IMG/VR virus record: IMGVR_UViG_2518645621_000001
Length of the DNA stretch: 45,334 nt
Reading direction: 5' to 3' (one strand)
From: a virus
Positions within the stretch are counted from its first letter, which is position 1, and each line of letters opens with the position of its first letter. The position numbers and the translations under genes were made by a program. Of the stretch, positions 16,184 to 25,238 are shown piece by piece. Under the pieces are notes generated by a model, which saw nothing but the letters and a program-made list of their open reading frames with translations, made no database searches and was not told where the DNA came from.

Positions 16184-16663
16184 TTATTGCATACCATTAA
16201 GCTGCGTGAATTCTTCGGGAAGTTCAAAATCTTCAAATGTAAAGTCTACATCCTGCTCAAGCCAATCTCCATCCGCATCAAAAGAGGACAGAATCGATTC
16301 ATCAAGATTGCAATCCTTGTAAATAACAGTCTGCCGACCTGCAGAGGATGTTTTATCTTCATTGGTCGTCTGAATATCAAAATAAATATCCTCGCCTGTA
16401 TCTTTGTACTTTTTAACAAGTTTCGTAAACATGGATGTCGTATGATAGATTGTCATTTTTCCGGTACCTTCACCGCCGGTTGTTTTATGTCCTACCATGG
16501 TACGTCCAAGAATCGGCACTTCTTTTTTTGTCTTCTTGAATTTCCCTTCAAAATTCTTTGCCTGCAGCAATAAATAACGATTTCCATCAACCGTTATATA
16601 ACAGCTGGCCAATTTTGCCGCTACAGCATCTTTGGCCAGCATCGTTCTAATTGCATCACCCAT
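16184..16663 (-). CDS. Tail tube protein (XkdM-like)
   Basis: ASCYITVDGNRYLLLQAKNFE...LGRTMVGHKTTGGEGTGKMTIY is the typical XkdM-family pattern. Follows the sheath gene. Confidence 0.85.
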   Translation of the reverse strand: MGDAIRTMLAKDAVAAKLASCYITVDGNRYLLLQAKNFEGKFKKTKKEVPILGRTMVGHKTTGGEGTGKMTIYHTTSMFTKLVKKYKDTGEDIYFDIQTTNEDKTSSAGRQTVIYKDCNLDESILSSFDADGDWLEQDVDFTFEDFELPEEFTQLNGMQ

Positions 16664-16684
16664 TTATATATTCGCCTCCTTCAC

Positions 16685-18040
16685 TTACGCTACAATTACA
16701 TTCATGTACAGTTTTTCCATACACATGGTTGGCTGCACCTGGTATTCACTCAAAACTGATTCCTTGGATTCGCCTTGTGTAGGAATTGGAACATCATCCG
16801 GACTAAAGTTTTGGATGGCCCTCACGCGTTGATATTCCTTGTGAAGCGCTACGATATCTCCCCACAGAGCAACACGGCCATCCGGATCATTCTGCTCTTT
16901 GCCAAGATACGTTTTATTAAAGAGCCGTGCCACATCAATCGCAATCTGATCCAAAACTCGAATAACCTGATTTGCTGAAAAATCTTCATTTTTCTTTTTG
17001 CTAAACGAAGTAAATGTATTGATATCCCTCAAAATATTAACATTGCCAACCACGTTCCCCGATACAGAATCGGTCACGCCATGGAAAATCAGCATACCAT
17101 CTGTAATGGCTTTTTCAAGTTCGGATTGTTTATATGTTGTATCAATCGTAAATTCACCGTCATAGGTTTTATTGGTACAAGATGCATTGATGGCACAAGA
17201 CGACTCTGCACCGGTTACCCAATACACGGCTGCTGCTGGAGAAACGCCATCATCCTTTACCTTATTTTTTATAGAAATAACCCCTTCAAAGTCAACGCCT
17301 AACTTATTATAGAGAACCGTTTGGAATTTCGCACCGACTGCATCACGCATACGTCTTGTAAACTGAATAAATAAATCTTGAATGGTAGTGTCTGTACCTA
17401 CATACCCCAGCGTATTGAAATAGTACGGTTCGATCTTATCAAGATATTCCTGATACTGAATACCACTTACTGCATCGCCATTCGTGCCGCCAGCAAGCGG
17501 CGTACCTGCCGTTGCGGTCATTGCATCCGTACGAATAAACGTTACATAATCATTATCGGCTGTATCATCCCAGCCACCGACAGCTGCCTGCTTATCGACT
17601 ATAGTTTTGGAGCTATCCACCGCCATATAAGTCGTTACATCAAATTTGGTTGCATCATCGACATTGGCTGCGATAACAACCGTCAAATCATTGCCTCGAA
17701 TCCCGCCATATTTTGCTGCAGCAATGACGCATTTTGCTTTAGCTGTATTGTTATTGATTCGGTAAAAATAACCCGTTTTTAGATTTTTGAATAGGTCCCG
17801 CAGGCCTTTAAGTTTATCTGAAGTATAATCATAACCGAAATATTTCATACTATATTTTTGAAAATCATCCGCACCAACGGTAAAAACTTCACCTTCTGGA
17901 CCCCAATCAAGCGTCAGTGGCATGGTTCCATAACCGCGATCGGCAATATCGGTTTTTGCCCGAACTTTGCTGACAAAATTTATATATGCACCTGGTAGTT
18001 TTTTATTTTGAAACAGCCAGGTACCTCCTCCTAACGCCAT
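16685..18040 (-). CDS. Contractile tail sheath protein (XkdK-like)
   Basis: N-terminus GGGTWLFQNKKLPGAYINFVS is characteristic. Size is 451 aa. Confidence 0.9.
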   Translation of the reverse strand: MALGGGTWLFQNKKLPGAYINFVSKVRAKTDIADRGYGTMPLTLDWGPEGEVFTVGADDFQKYSMKYFGYDYTSDKLKGLRDLFKNLKTGYFYRINNNTAKAKCVIAAAKYGGIRGNDLTVVIAANVDDATKFDVTTYMAVDSSKTIVDKQAAVGGWDDTADNDYVTFIRTDAMTATAGTPLAGGTNGDAVSGIQYQEYLDKIEPYYFNTLGYVGTDTTIQDLFIQFTRRMRDAVGAKFQTVLYNKLGVDFEGVISIKNKVKDDGVSPAAAVYWVTGAESSCAINASCTNKTYDGEFTIDTTYKQSELEKAITDGMLIFHGVTDSVSGNVVGNVNILRDINTFTSFSKKKNEDFSANQVIRVLDQIAIDVARLFNKTYLGKEQNDPDGRVALWGDIVALHKEYQRVRAIQNFSPDDVPIPTQGESKESVLSEYQVQPTMCMEKLYMNVIVA

Positions 18041-18046
18041 ATATCA

Positions 18047-18256
18047 TTACTCCTTTCCATTGATTTTTTCTTTAATCGGTTTCGAAAAAAGCGTTTTAAT
18101 TTTCGCATCTGCTTCTTTTAATGTATATTCTCGATCCGGATCCAGCGCAATCATGATGATATCGCATTGTTCACGGTATTTTTTTGAGCCAGCCAAGGCT
18201 TCGCGTGTATACGTCGGTTCTACTGCTATTGCTGCTGTTTTTTCTTCATCAGCCAT
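18047..18256 (-). CDS. Hypothetical small structural-module protein
   Basis: Tightly packed between the sheath and tail-completion genes. Confidence 0.5.
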   Translation of the reverse strand: MADEEKTAAIAVEPTYTREALAGSKKYREQCDIIMIALDPDREYTLKEADAKIKTLFSKPIKEKINGKE

Positions 18257-18258
18257 AC

Positions 18259-18693
18259 TTAATCACTACCTTTCAAGTGTTGTGTTTGTGCAAGTGTCTG
18301 CATTTTAGGAACTGGATCGAGCACCCGAAACACAAAAATATTATAATTCACGAAAAAATGCAGCACGTCATTCTGCACATTGGCAGACATATCGGTACCA
18401 CGAATCAAATCATCTCCAAGATTGATGTATTCCATTCCCATAAAAATTGTTTGCTTAATCGCATTGCATTCGCGCGTAATACTTTTACCGGTTTTTGGGA
18501 AATACTGAATATCAAAACTGTGCGTTTGTTGATAGCGATTGCGCATCACAAGCTCTTGCCCATCTGTCAAATCGACGACGAAAAAGCAGGGTTCTTTAAA
18601 ATCCTGCTTAACCTCATCAATATGAATTTCATACGCTTCGCCAAATAATTCGTACAACCTCTTAGCGATTCCATCAATCATCTCATTTTCCAT
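18259..18693 (-). CDS. Tail completion/terminator-like protein (XkdJ position)
   Basis: Called from position only. Confidence 0.5.
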   Translation of the reverse strand: MENEMIDGIAKRLYELFGEAYEIHIDEVKQDFKEPCFFVVDLTDGQELVMRNRYQQTHSFDIQYFPKTGKSITRECNAIKQTIFMGMEYINLGDDLIRGTDMSANVQNDVLHFFVNYNIFVFRVLDPVPKMQTLAQTQHLKGSD

Positions 18694-19243
18694 CCAGCAC
18701 CTCCCTCAAAAACACTTCAAATTTCCTTTTGATGATTCCCGGAGCCTGCGACTGTAGCTCTTTTTCTGAAATTGTCATCATGAACTGCCCTTTCACCCAG
18801 CCAGCTTTTAGCCGTTTTCCAATCGCCTGCACAAATCGACCAGGTTCTTGCCGATGGCCGAATTCTACATAACTGGCATACGATACAGGATTTGTAATTG
18901 TAATTTGATAGTTACGCCCAACCTTATCCACTTTGAGCGACTGCGCATATTGTAAGGAATTTACCGTACCACCGGACTCTGCTTCGGCTTCTGTTTTAGC
19001 CGTCCAGCCCCGTCGTAATACACCTCCTTGCGAAATACGCTTTTGCTTATTCTTGCCATTGCCCAAAACAACCGTTTCAAAAGTACCTTTCCCGACTGGC
19101 GTCCGCTTAATAACTTTCGCTAAAAAGCGCGCCGCAAGTTCTCTGGCACAGTCTTCATAAAACTGTTGTTTTTGTTGTCCATTTGCAGCTTTTTCTAATC
19201 GTTTTTGAAACGCTTTTAATTGACTAAAATCTGACTTACCCAT
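18683..19243 (-). CDS. HK97 gp10-family tail-component/neck protein
   Basis: The segment ITNPVSYASYVEFGH is typical of the family. Position is consistent. Confidence 0.7.
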   Translation of the reverse strand: MGKSDFSQLKAFQKRLEKAANGQQKQQFYEDCARELAARFLAKVIKRTPVGKGTFETVVLGNGKNKQKRISQGGVLRRGWTAKTEAEAESGGTVNSLQYAQSLKVDKVGRNYQITITNPVSYASYVEFGHRQEPGRFVQAIGKRLKAGWVKGQFMMTISEKELQSQAPGIIKRKFEVFLREVLDGK

Positions 19244-19626
19244 TATGGATGCTCCTCATACAGCTCAAGGTTAATTTCTTGATGCGTTGAATAAACAGCC
19301 GCCTTACCGCTTTGCTTATAGGCTTCTGTACGGCCGTTCTGCACCACGTTTATTTTACTGCCGGGTTTAATTACAAGATCCGGTGCTATAAATAATGTAA
19401 TGGATTGTTCTAGTGAATCAGCCGTTTGTGAAGGCCCTGTTGCCGGTGCCGAAGAATACGACAACCGACATGCTTGATCTTTGTAGGCTGTAATGTCCTT
19501 CTCTTCGGTAATATGTGTTACTGGATCTTTCACTTTCCCATATTCAGTAACAGTGCAACGGCCTTCATATGTTTTTTCCTGAGCTTTTCTGGCTAAACGC
19601 CGAGCCCGATCGATTGCACTTGTCAT
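19243..19626 (-). CDS. Head closure / head-tail adaptor protein
   Basis: Called from position and size. Confidence 0.5.
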   Translation of the reverse strand: MTSAIDRARRLARKAQEKTYEGRCTVTEYGKVKDPVTHITEEKDITAYKDQACRLSYSSAPATGPSQTADSLEQSITLFIAPDLVIKPGSKINVVQNGRTEAYKQSGKAAVYSTHQEINLELYEEHP

Positions 19627-19979
19627 TTCCAGCTCACCCGCCTATATCGATTTAACTGCATTGTGTAATTTTTAAGCAAAGTATCTTTAAAATTTGAATC
19701 AACACCGGTTCTAAACTGCGTTGTGGTATCGCCTTCGGCAATGGATGAAACGATCATCGGCAGATCCGCTTCTCCAATACTCTCATTTCTGTATAAATCA
19801 ATTGCCATCCGGTAAGCGGTGCGCAAAAGACCCGATGGCAATTCAGAAATATTACAATAATTCAAGATTGTTTCACTCACATCGTCCAGGATAAACGCAA
19901 GATTTACATCCTGCGTTGTATCCGTGACCGCAATTCCGAGCAAAGATTTTAACGTTTCAACAGTCAACATGACAATCAC
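19623..19979 (-). CDS. gp6-like head-tail connector protein
   Basis: LKSLLGI...DV.LAFILDDVSETILNYCN...LP..L...AYRMAIDLY is the typical connector pattern. Confidence 0.65.
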   Translation of the reverse strand: MIVMLTVETLKSLLGIAVTDTTQDVNLAFILDDVSETILNYCNISELPSGLLRTAYRMAIDLYRNESIGEADLPMIVSSIAEGDTTTQFRTGVDSNFKDTLLKNYTMQLNRYRRVSWK

Positions 19980-20974
19980 CCAATCTTATGTTTGAAAGCA
20001 ACGATGCGGATCTGTTTCGGTTCATATACCGGCAGCCAGTTTTGAGCATCTTTCAATTCGGCACGGCTTGGACCTTCGACTTTTGCAACCTTTGCATTCG
20101 TAAATTTAACGCCGCGTGGATGCAGAATCATTGTTTTACGATTGATGAGATAATCCACACCCGATCCTTTCTTTTTATCACGGTCAATTTCAGTCGCTAC
20201 AAAACCAACCGGCGAACCATTGCCCAGAGCAATCGCTCCCTGACCAAACAGATACGAGGTGTAAACTCCATCAACGACCGGACAACCATCGTCAATCACA
20301 ACACGTTTGCCCTGATATGCATCAAATGACACATCGACACTTGGATGTTCTGTCGTAATTAAATTCTGTTTTTTGAGATAGGACCACGTTGCGCTATGCA
20401 TAGCCACCGCTGTGAGTTGCGCTTGGGCATCTCCTAAAAGCTGTTGTGCATCAATAAAGGAGCTTGCTGACCAGAGTTTCCCTGCATCGCTCTTCACTCC
20501 TGAAATATCGAGTAAATTTGTTGCAAGCGGCGTTGTGGCTGCACCACCATCTGGTGTGTACGTACCAAAAATGCCATTCAATACGGCAATCAGTTCTTTT
20601 TGCATATCACGCGCCCAAAAGCTTGCAACTAAACTTGCAATGGCTGCCATCGGATCTGAGCCGGCAAGCGCCGCGGCAAGGTCTGTACCAGCCCACATTT
20701 TAGCCCGACGGATAATGGCTGCCACATCTTTTTTCGATTCGATTTTACTTGCTTCAAGGTCAGCATCTTCAATAATCTGTTCGGATTCACCTGTAAGATC
20801 AGCAAAGAACGGCATATTGATGGTTGGTGCTGCCTGACTTGCTAAACGGTCAAATTCTGCATCTGTTGTGATAATACCGCACTGGATTAGAGCGGATAAC
20901 TCGGCCGTACGTCGAATAACATACGGATTGAAAAGAGCGGGTACGATCACATCGGATAATTTTGTAATTGGCAT
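19976..20974 (-). CDS. Major capsid protein
   Basis: 332 aa, immediately after the scaffold gene, with a strong RBS. Confidence 0.85.
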   Translation of the reverse strand: MPITKLSDVIVPALFNPYVIRRTAELSALIQCGIITTDAEFDRLASQAAPTINMPFFADLTGESEQIIEDADLEASKIESKKDVAAIIRRAKMWAGTDLAAALAGSDPMAAIASLVASFWARDMQKELIAVLNGIFGTYTPDGGAATTPLATNLLDISGVKSDAGKLWSASSFIDAQQLLGDAQAQLTAVAMHSATWSYLKKQNLITTEHPSVDVSFDAYQGKRVVIDDGCPVVDGVYTSYLFGQGAIALGNGSPVGFVATEIDRDKKKGSGVDYLINRKTMILHPRGVKFTNAKVAKVEGPSRAELKDAQNWLPVYEPKQIRIVAFKHKIG

Positions 20975-20989
20975 ATTCTATATTCCCCC

Positions 20990-21610
20990 TTAAATTGTGA
21001 CTCCTGCTTCAGCAGCCAAAGCTTTTGCCTGTGCAGGATTTTCTGTTAATATTTTTCCTTGTTCTGTGAGATTGAAACTGTCTTTTGCAAATGGATTTTT
21101 ACTGGCGCTGCCATCCGCACCACCATTTGGCACATAGTTTGCTTTGCCAGTCGCAGGTTTAAACAAAAACGCTTTACTCTCCTGCAGCGTTTTCACCTGT
21201 TCATCAAGACCTGTTATTTTGCCATCCTCCGATAAAATAAGCTTGGACTTATCGAACAAGCCCGCAACAAGATCCACATCCTGCGCCTTATCTGCAATGG
21301 CTAATTTAATGGCGTTGGTAAATTGTAAATCCTTGAGTTTGGTTTCATATTCAGCAGTACTCGTTTTATTTGCTGTCTGTAAATCCCCAATTTGTTTTTT
21401 CAGACCTTCCACATCACCAGTCGACTTTTTCAACGAATCAAGCTGTTTATCACGTTCAACAACCTGACCTTCCAGGTCTTTCTTAGCTTCATTGACTTCG
21501 TTAAAACGTTCCTTGGTAACATATCCCTTGAATTCCTCACTACTAGCCGCCGCAACTTTTTGAGCAGTTGCTTCATCAAGCCCTAAAGCTATTAATTGTT
21601 CTTTTGTCAA
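20990..21610 (-). CDS. Scaffolding protein (GP20-like)
   Basis: Highly charged coiled-coil protein upstream of the capsid gene. TTG start after GAAGGGA. Confidence 0.7.
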   Translation of the reverse strand: MTKEQLIALGLDEATAQKVAAASSEEFKGYVTKERFNEVNEAKKDLEGQVVERDKQLDSLKKSTGDVEGLKKQIGDLQTANKTSTAEYETKLKDLQFTNAIKLAIADKAQDVDLVAGLFDKSKLILSEDGKITGLDEQVKTLQESKAFLFKPATGKANYVPNGGADGSASKNPFAKDSFNLTEQGKILTENPAQAKALAAEAGVTI

Positions 21611-21819
21611 TTGAAATCATCCCTTCGTTCACATTTTTTAGCGCGGTTCATTCCGCTGTTGTCGTCTTGTTCTTTATCGCCTGCAATACTAAAAAGGCGA
21701 AACTCAGCTGATGTTATGACCGAAACATCTACGGAGATAAGTGGATCACCGCCTTTCACCTTGCAACACAAACCATTTTACAAAAACAATCATCCGGATT
21801 CCTCCTTAAAAATGGGTAT

Positions 21820-21850
21820 AAAAATACCACCTACTGAAAAAGTAAGTGGT
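21820..21850 (-). terminator. Rho-independent terminator inside the head module
   Basis: Minus strand: stem ACCACTTACT/AGTAGGTGGT (one mismatch) with loop TTTTC, followed by ATTTTTATACCCATTTTT. Confidence 0.6.
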
Positions 21851-22000
21851 TTAATATATCGGTAATTCAATTAAACATGATTCATAATCCATTTTAATTC
21901 CGTCTTTTGCAGCATTTTCAGCTAAGTCAATGTAATCCTGAATGTCTTTTTCGCTATACCCTAACTCTTTTGCTCTTTTTCTAAATTCATCTTTTTCCAT
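21851..22000 (-). CDS. 49-aa acidic ORF overlapping the 3' end of the MuF-fusion gene (candidate cognate partner/immunity); not in the supplied ORF track
   Basis: Hand translation gives MEKDEFRKRAKELGYSEKDIQDYIDLAENAAKDGIKMDYESCLIELPIY. AAGGAAG lies 8 nt upstream, and the ORF ends right at the terminator. Confidence 0.4.
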   Translation of the reverse strand: MEKDEFRKRAKELGYSEKDIQDYIDLAENAAKDGIKMDYESCLIELPIY

Positions 22001-23829
22001 TCAGCATACTTCCTTTCAATGATTTCGCCTATCTCTTTCGCAATAGCGCGCGGATTTGGATTATTGCAATACTCAGACCAAGCCTCTGCGATAAATTCAC
22101 TATATCGATTTTTATTATTATTTTTCCATGCATATCTAGATAATTGTTCTGTTATTTCATTTACAGTATGCCCATCAAACAAAATTTTCACAGAATTAAG
22201 ATTAGATATGCCAAGCATTCCATCAATTTGATGCCCGACTTCATGATCTAACACAGAACGTATTGTGTCACATCCAACCGGATGAAACTTATTCATTACA
22301 TCGAATTGAAGATTTTCAAGCAATTTCCCAGCATCTTTTCCTTGTACTTTGTTAAAAGCAACACCTGCGAATTCTTGAAAGGCTTCCGTTTTGGGTAGCC
22401 AGCTCGATGCATAGACATCAGAAGGTACCCGCATCATAGACATAAATTTTTTCAGTTCTTGCTCTGCATAAGGTTTTAGCCTTTCCACATCAATGCCAGG
22501 ATTTTGCTTAATAAAATTATCCAAAAAAACCTGTCTGGCAACTGGTTTTAATTGGTCATTACGCTTATGACATTCCCCGGTAAAATTAAATTGCTGTCTT
22601 AGCTCCGGAAATGCATTAAAGCTGTCTGTCAATCCGCGATTCCATTCATTGGCAACCTGCACGTCCAATCCTGTATAATCTGCATGTTTTATACCCAGGG
22701 TAGTCGTAGCAAATTGATTAGCCTCATTGATGGTTTTTACTTCTTTATATACTACTTTCTTTATACCATTATCCACTGCTTTTTGCAATCCTTCTTTTGA
22801 GCCATTACCAACAAATGATTTTTTCCAGTCTTCATATTTCATAGTAGCTGGCACATGATACGTTTTGCCCTTTTCATTACGCGCGGCACGTTTACCATTA
22901 TCATCTTCAAAATATGGAGCTGTACAACTGCGACACCAACAATGAAAAGGCGGTGCCGTTGTTCCTGGTTGAAAATCCGACATAGCAAAAACTTTACCGT
23001 CTAAATGACGGCATATGCTGGATGTTTTTCTATCAAGCGTGGCAACAATCTCATATTTATTGACGCCTAAATTATTAAAACAATCTTTTTGACTGGCAGA
23101 TGCAAAAAAAGCAGATTCGGTCATAACCAACTTGCCGGCTGCACTCTTTGAACGATTCATATTTTCAGATAAGGTACGGATCACTTTGTCTAAGCCATCA
23201 CCACGAATTGTTGCCTGTGTAAGTTCGGTATGAAGTTGATTCAACAGCTTATCTTTGTTATCCCATACCCTGTCCGAGAAATTCTTACCGTCCGGCGTCC
23301 ATGGTTTTGATACAATCTGTTGTATACTGACCTCATTTAATCGCTGCAGTTGCGTTCCGACACCAATACCTTTTTGCAGTTCAAACGCTGTATGGTAATA
23401 GCCATCCGCATACATCTGCTGCATTGTTTTATCTAAACCATCTAGCTGATTGCCATACAAAACTTCAAGAGACTGCTGAAACTGTAGCTTCATAGATTCA
23501 AGTTTTGAAATATGAACTTTTGCTGAAGCGTTTTCAAGCTGTTTGATCCATGTGGGACTTACATTATTTTCTTCACCATGCTTGATATAGTCTCCAACAG
23601 TCCAGTGAAACTCTTTGAGTTCATTGGCAGTAAGAAGTTTTTTCGCATCGACATAAGAAATATTATTATTGACCGCAAGGCGCTTATACCATACAGATAC
23701 ATCGCGTTCCATAGCCTGTAATGCAATACGGTATTGTTGTTCAACTTCCGTGTAATAATCGAGACCTTGATCTAAAAGAGCGAGTTCTAACTGTTCAAAG
23801 CGACCGCGCCAATATTCAGCGTTTGGCAT
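21961..23829 (-). CDS. MuF/SPP1 gp7-family head morphogenesis protein fused to a C-terminal HExxH (zincin-like) domain
   Basis: The N-terminal ~320 aa end in the MuF hallmark PPFHCWCRSCT. The C-terminal ~300 aa contain DHEVGHQ (nt 22231-22245). Confidence 0.8.
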   Translation of the reverse strand: MPNAEYWRGRFEQLELALLDQGLDYYTEVEQQYRIALQAMERDVSVWYKRLAVNNNISYVDAKKLLTANELKEFHWTVGDYIKHGEENNVSPTWIKQLENASAKVHISKLESMKLQFQQSLEVLYGNQLDGLDKTMQQMYADGYYHTAFELQKGIGVGTQLQRLNEVSIQQIVSKPWTPDGKNFSDRVWDNKDKLLNQLHTELTQATIRGDGLDKVIRTLSENMNRSKSAAGKLVMTESAFFASASQKDCFNNLGVNKYEIVATLDRKTSSICRHLDGKVFAMSDFQPGTTAPPFHCWCRSCTAPYFEDDNGKRAARNEKGKTYHVPATMKYEDWKKSFVGNGSKEGLQKAVDNGIKKVVYKEVKTINEANQFATTTLGIKHADYTGLDVQVANEWNRGLTDSFNAFPELRQQFNFTGECHKRNDQLKPVARQVFLDNFIKQNPGIDVERLKPYAEQELKKFMSMMRVPSDVYASSWLPKTEAFQEFAGVAFNKVQGKDAGKLLENLQFDVMNKFHPVGCDTIRSVLDHEVGHQIDGMLGISNLNSVKILFDGHTVNEITEQLSRYAWKNNNKNRYSEFIAEAWSEYCNNPNPRAIAKEIGEIIERKYAEWKKMNLEKEQKS

Positions 23830-25234
23830 TTACATCGACCCCTTTAGACGAACTATCTTTATTTGAAAAGGTTTGCTTATAGTTATCCATTTCAGAGAGC
23901 TGGTCTTCTTTTTCTTTGGCCAACTGTTTTTCTTCTTCTTCGGCATTTTCCACAAATGGATGATTTTTTATAATTGTCTTGCTTGAAATAATACCGACCG
24001 AATCTTTGCAGATTGTTGCAAGCTCTAAATCATTGGCTATCGATGTGCGGGTCCATGTTTGCGTGATGTTTGTAACAGCAATATTTTTCGCCTGGCAGAT
24101 TGCTCTCACCAGATCGCCAAAGCCTAAACGAAATTCTGTTTCCATGAGTCCGGCTTTTAGCTCCAAAAGCGAATACAGGTATTTTAGGGCAACACCGGAA
24201 GCATTTCCAAAATCTTGTGGCTGCGGATCCACACCTTGCCCCTGTTCAAATATGCCTTTGCGAGTCATATCCAAAAGTTTCTCTCTCGCCTCGATTGGAA
24301 TATCGATTGTCACCGTTTCAAGACCTGACCGATCATCTGCACCAGTCGACTCCATTTTTACCGTTTTATATTTCTTGATATCAGACAAAAAGCTGTTGAG
24401 GTCGGTGCCATTATAATTGGTCAGTAAGAAAATGATTTCTTGAATGTCTTCAAGATCATTGGCAAAGCCGCTGTAAACCTTATCATATGTATCAACCAAG
24501 GCTTTTACATTATCCAAATCACTGACTGCAATATTGTTGTTTGGAAATGGTATAAAGGGTACCCGACCCAATGAATGCTTTAGCTGATTTGGTTCTTCAC
24601 CAACCCCTGCATCCACAAAATTCATAAACAACGAGTATGCCACAAGCCCTGTATCAATTGTATCCTCAGCAGCTTTCTGATAAGCCCAGCATTCTGTATC
24701 TGTCCAGTATTCGTAAATATCCCACGTTTTGCCCTCATTATCAATATTTTTATAAACACGCAGCACCGCCAAAAGTTCTTTTTTTAGGTGAGTGGACCAT
24801 ATGGGGATAATCTGCTTTGAATCGACAATGCCATATTCAAATTCATTGTTTTCATTCATCCAATAATGGAGCCAGGCCATACCGGCATTGGATGCATTAA
24901 CGCAAAGATCTTTGCAGTTTTTAGCGTATATATCGCCCAAAGTATCTGCTATCACTTGATTATTGGATGAATTGCCAACATCAAACAGCGGAGGGGCGGT
25001 AAACATATATGACGCTTTCTGATTGACCAAAAGCCCATAAAAATTGCGCGGCACTCGGTTATCAGCACTGCGCAAAGGATTTTCTGTTTCATCATCTGGT
25101 TTTGTTTTATAGAGAATATCATTCTTGTTTCGATAATATCGCTCTGCCGTCAACACATTGACAATCACGTTTGAATGGCCAAGCGTGTGCTTCGCTATCA
25201 GCTTTTTTGCCGTTAATATATCCAAATATATCAC
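23816..25234 (-). CDS. Portal protein (SPP1 gp6-like)
   Basis: 472 aa, follows TerL. The ERYYRNKNDIL region is typical of SPP1-type portals. Confidence 0.85.
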   Translation of the reverse strand: MIYLDILTAKKLIAKHTLGHSNVIVNVLTAERYYRNKNDILYKTKPDDETENPLRSADNRVPRNFYGLLVNQKASYMFTAPPLFDVGNSSNNQVIADTLGDIYAKNCKDLCVNASNAGMAWLHYWMNENNEFEYGIVDSKQIIPIWSTHLKKELLAVLRVYKNIDNEGKTWDIYEYWTDTECWAYQKAAEDTIDTGLVAYSLFMNFVDAGVGEEPNQLKHSLGRVPFIPFPNNNIAVSDLDNVKALVDTYDKVYSGFANDLEDIQEIIFLLTNYNGTDLNSFLSDIKKYKTVKMESTGADDRSGLETVTIDIPIEAREKLLDMTRKGIFEQGQGVDPQPQDFGNASGVALKYLYSLLELKAGLMETEFRLGFGDLVRAICQAKNIAVTNITQTWTRTSIANDLELATICKDSVGIISSKTIIKNHPFVENAEEEEKQLAKEKEDQLSEMDNYKQTFSNKDSSSKGVDVNAKR

Positions 25235-25238
25235 CCCC

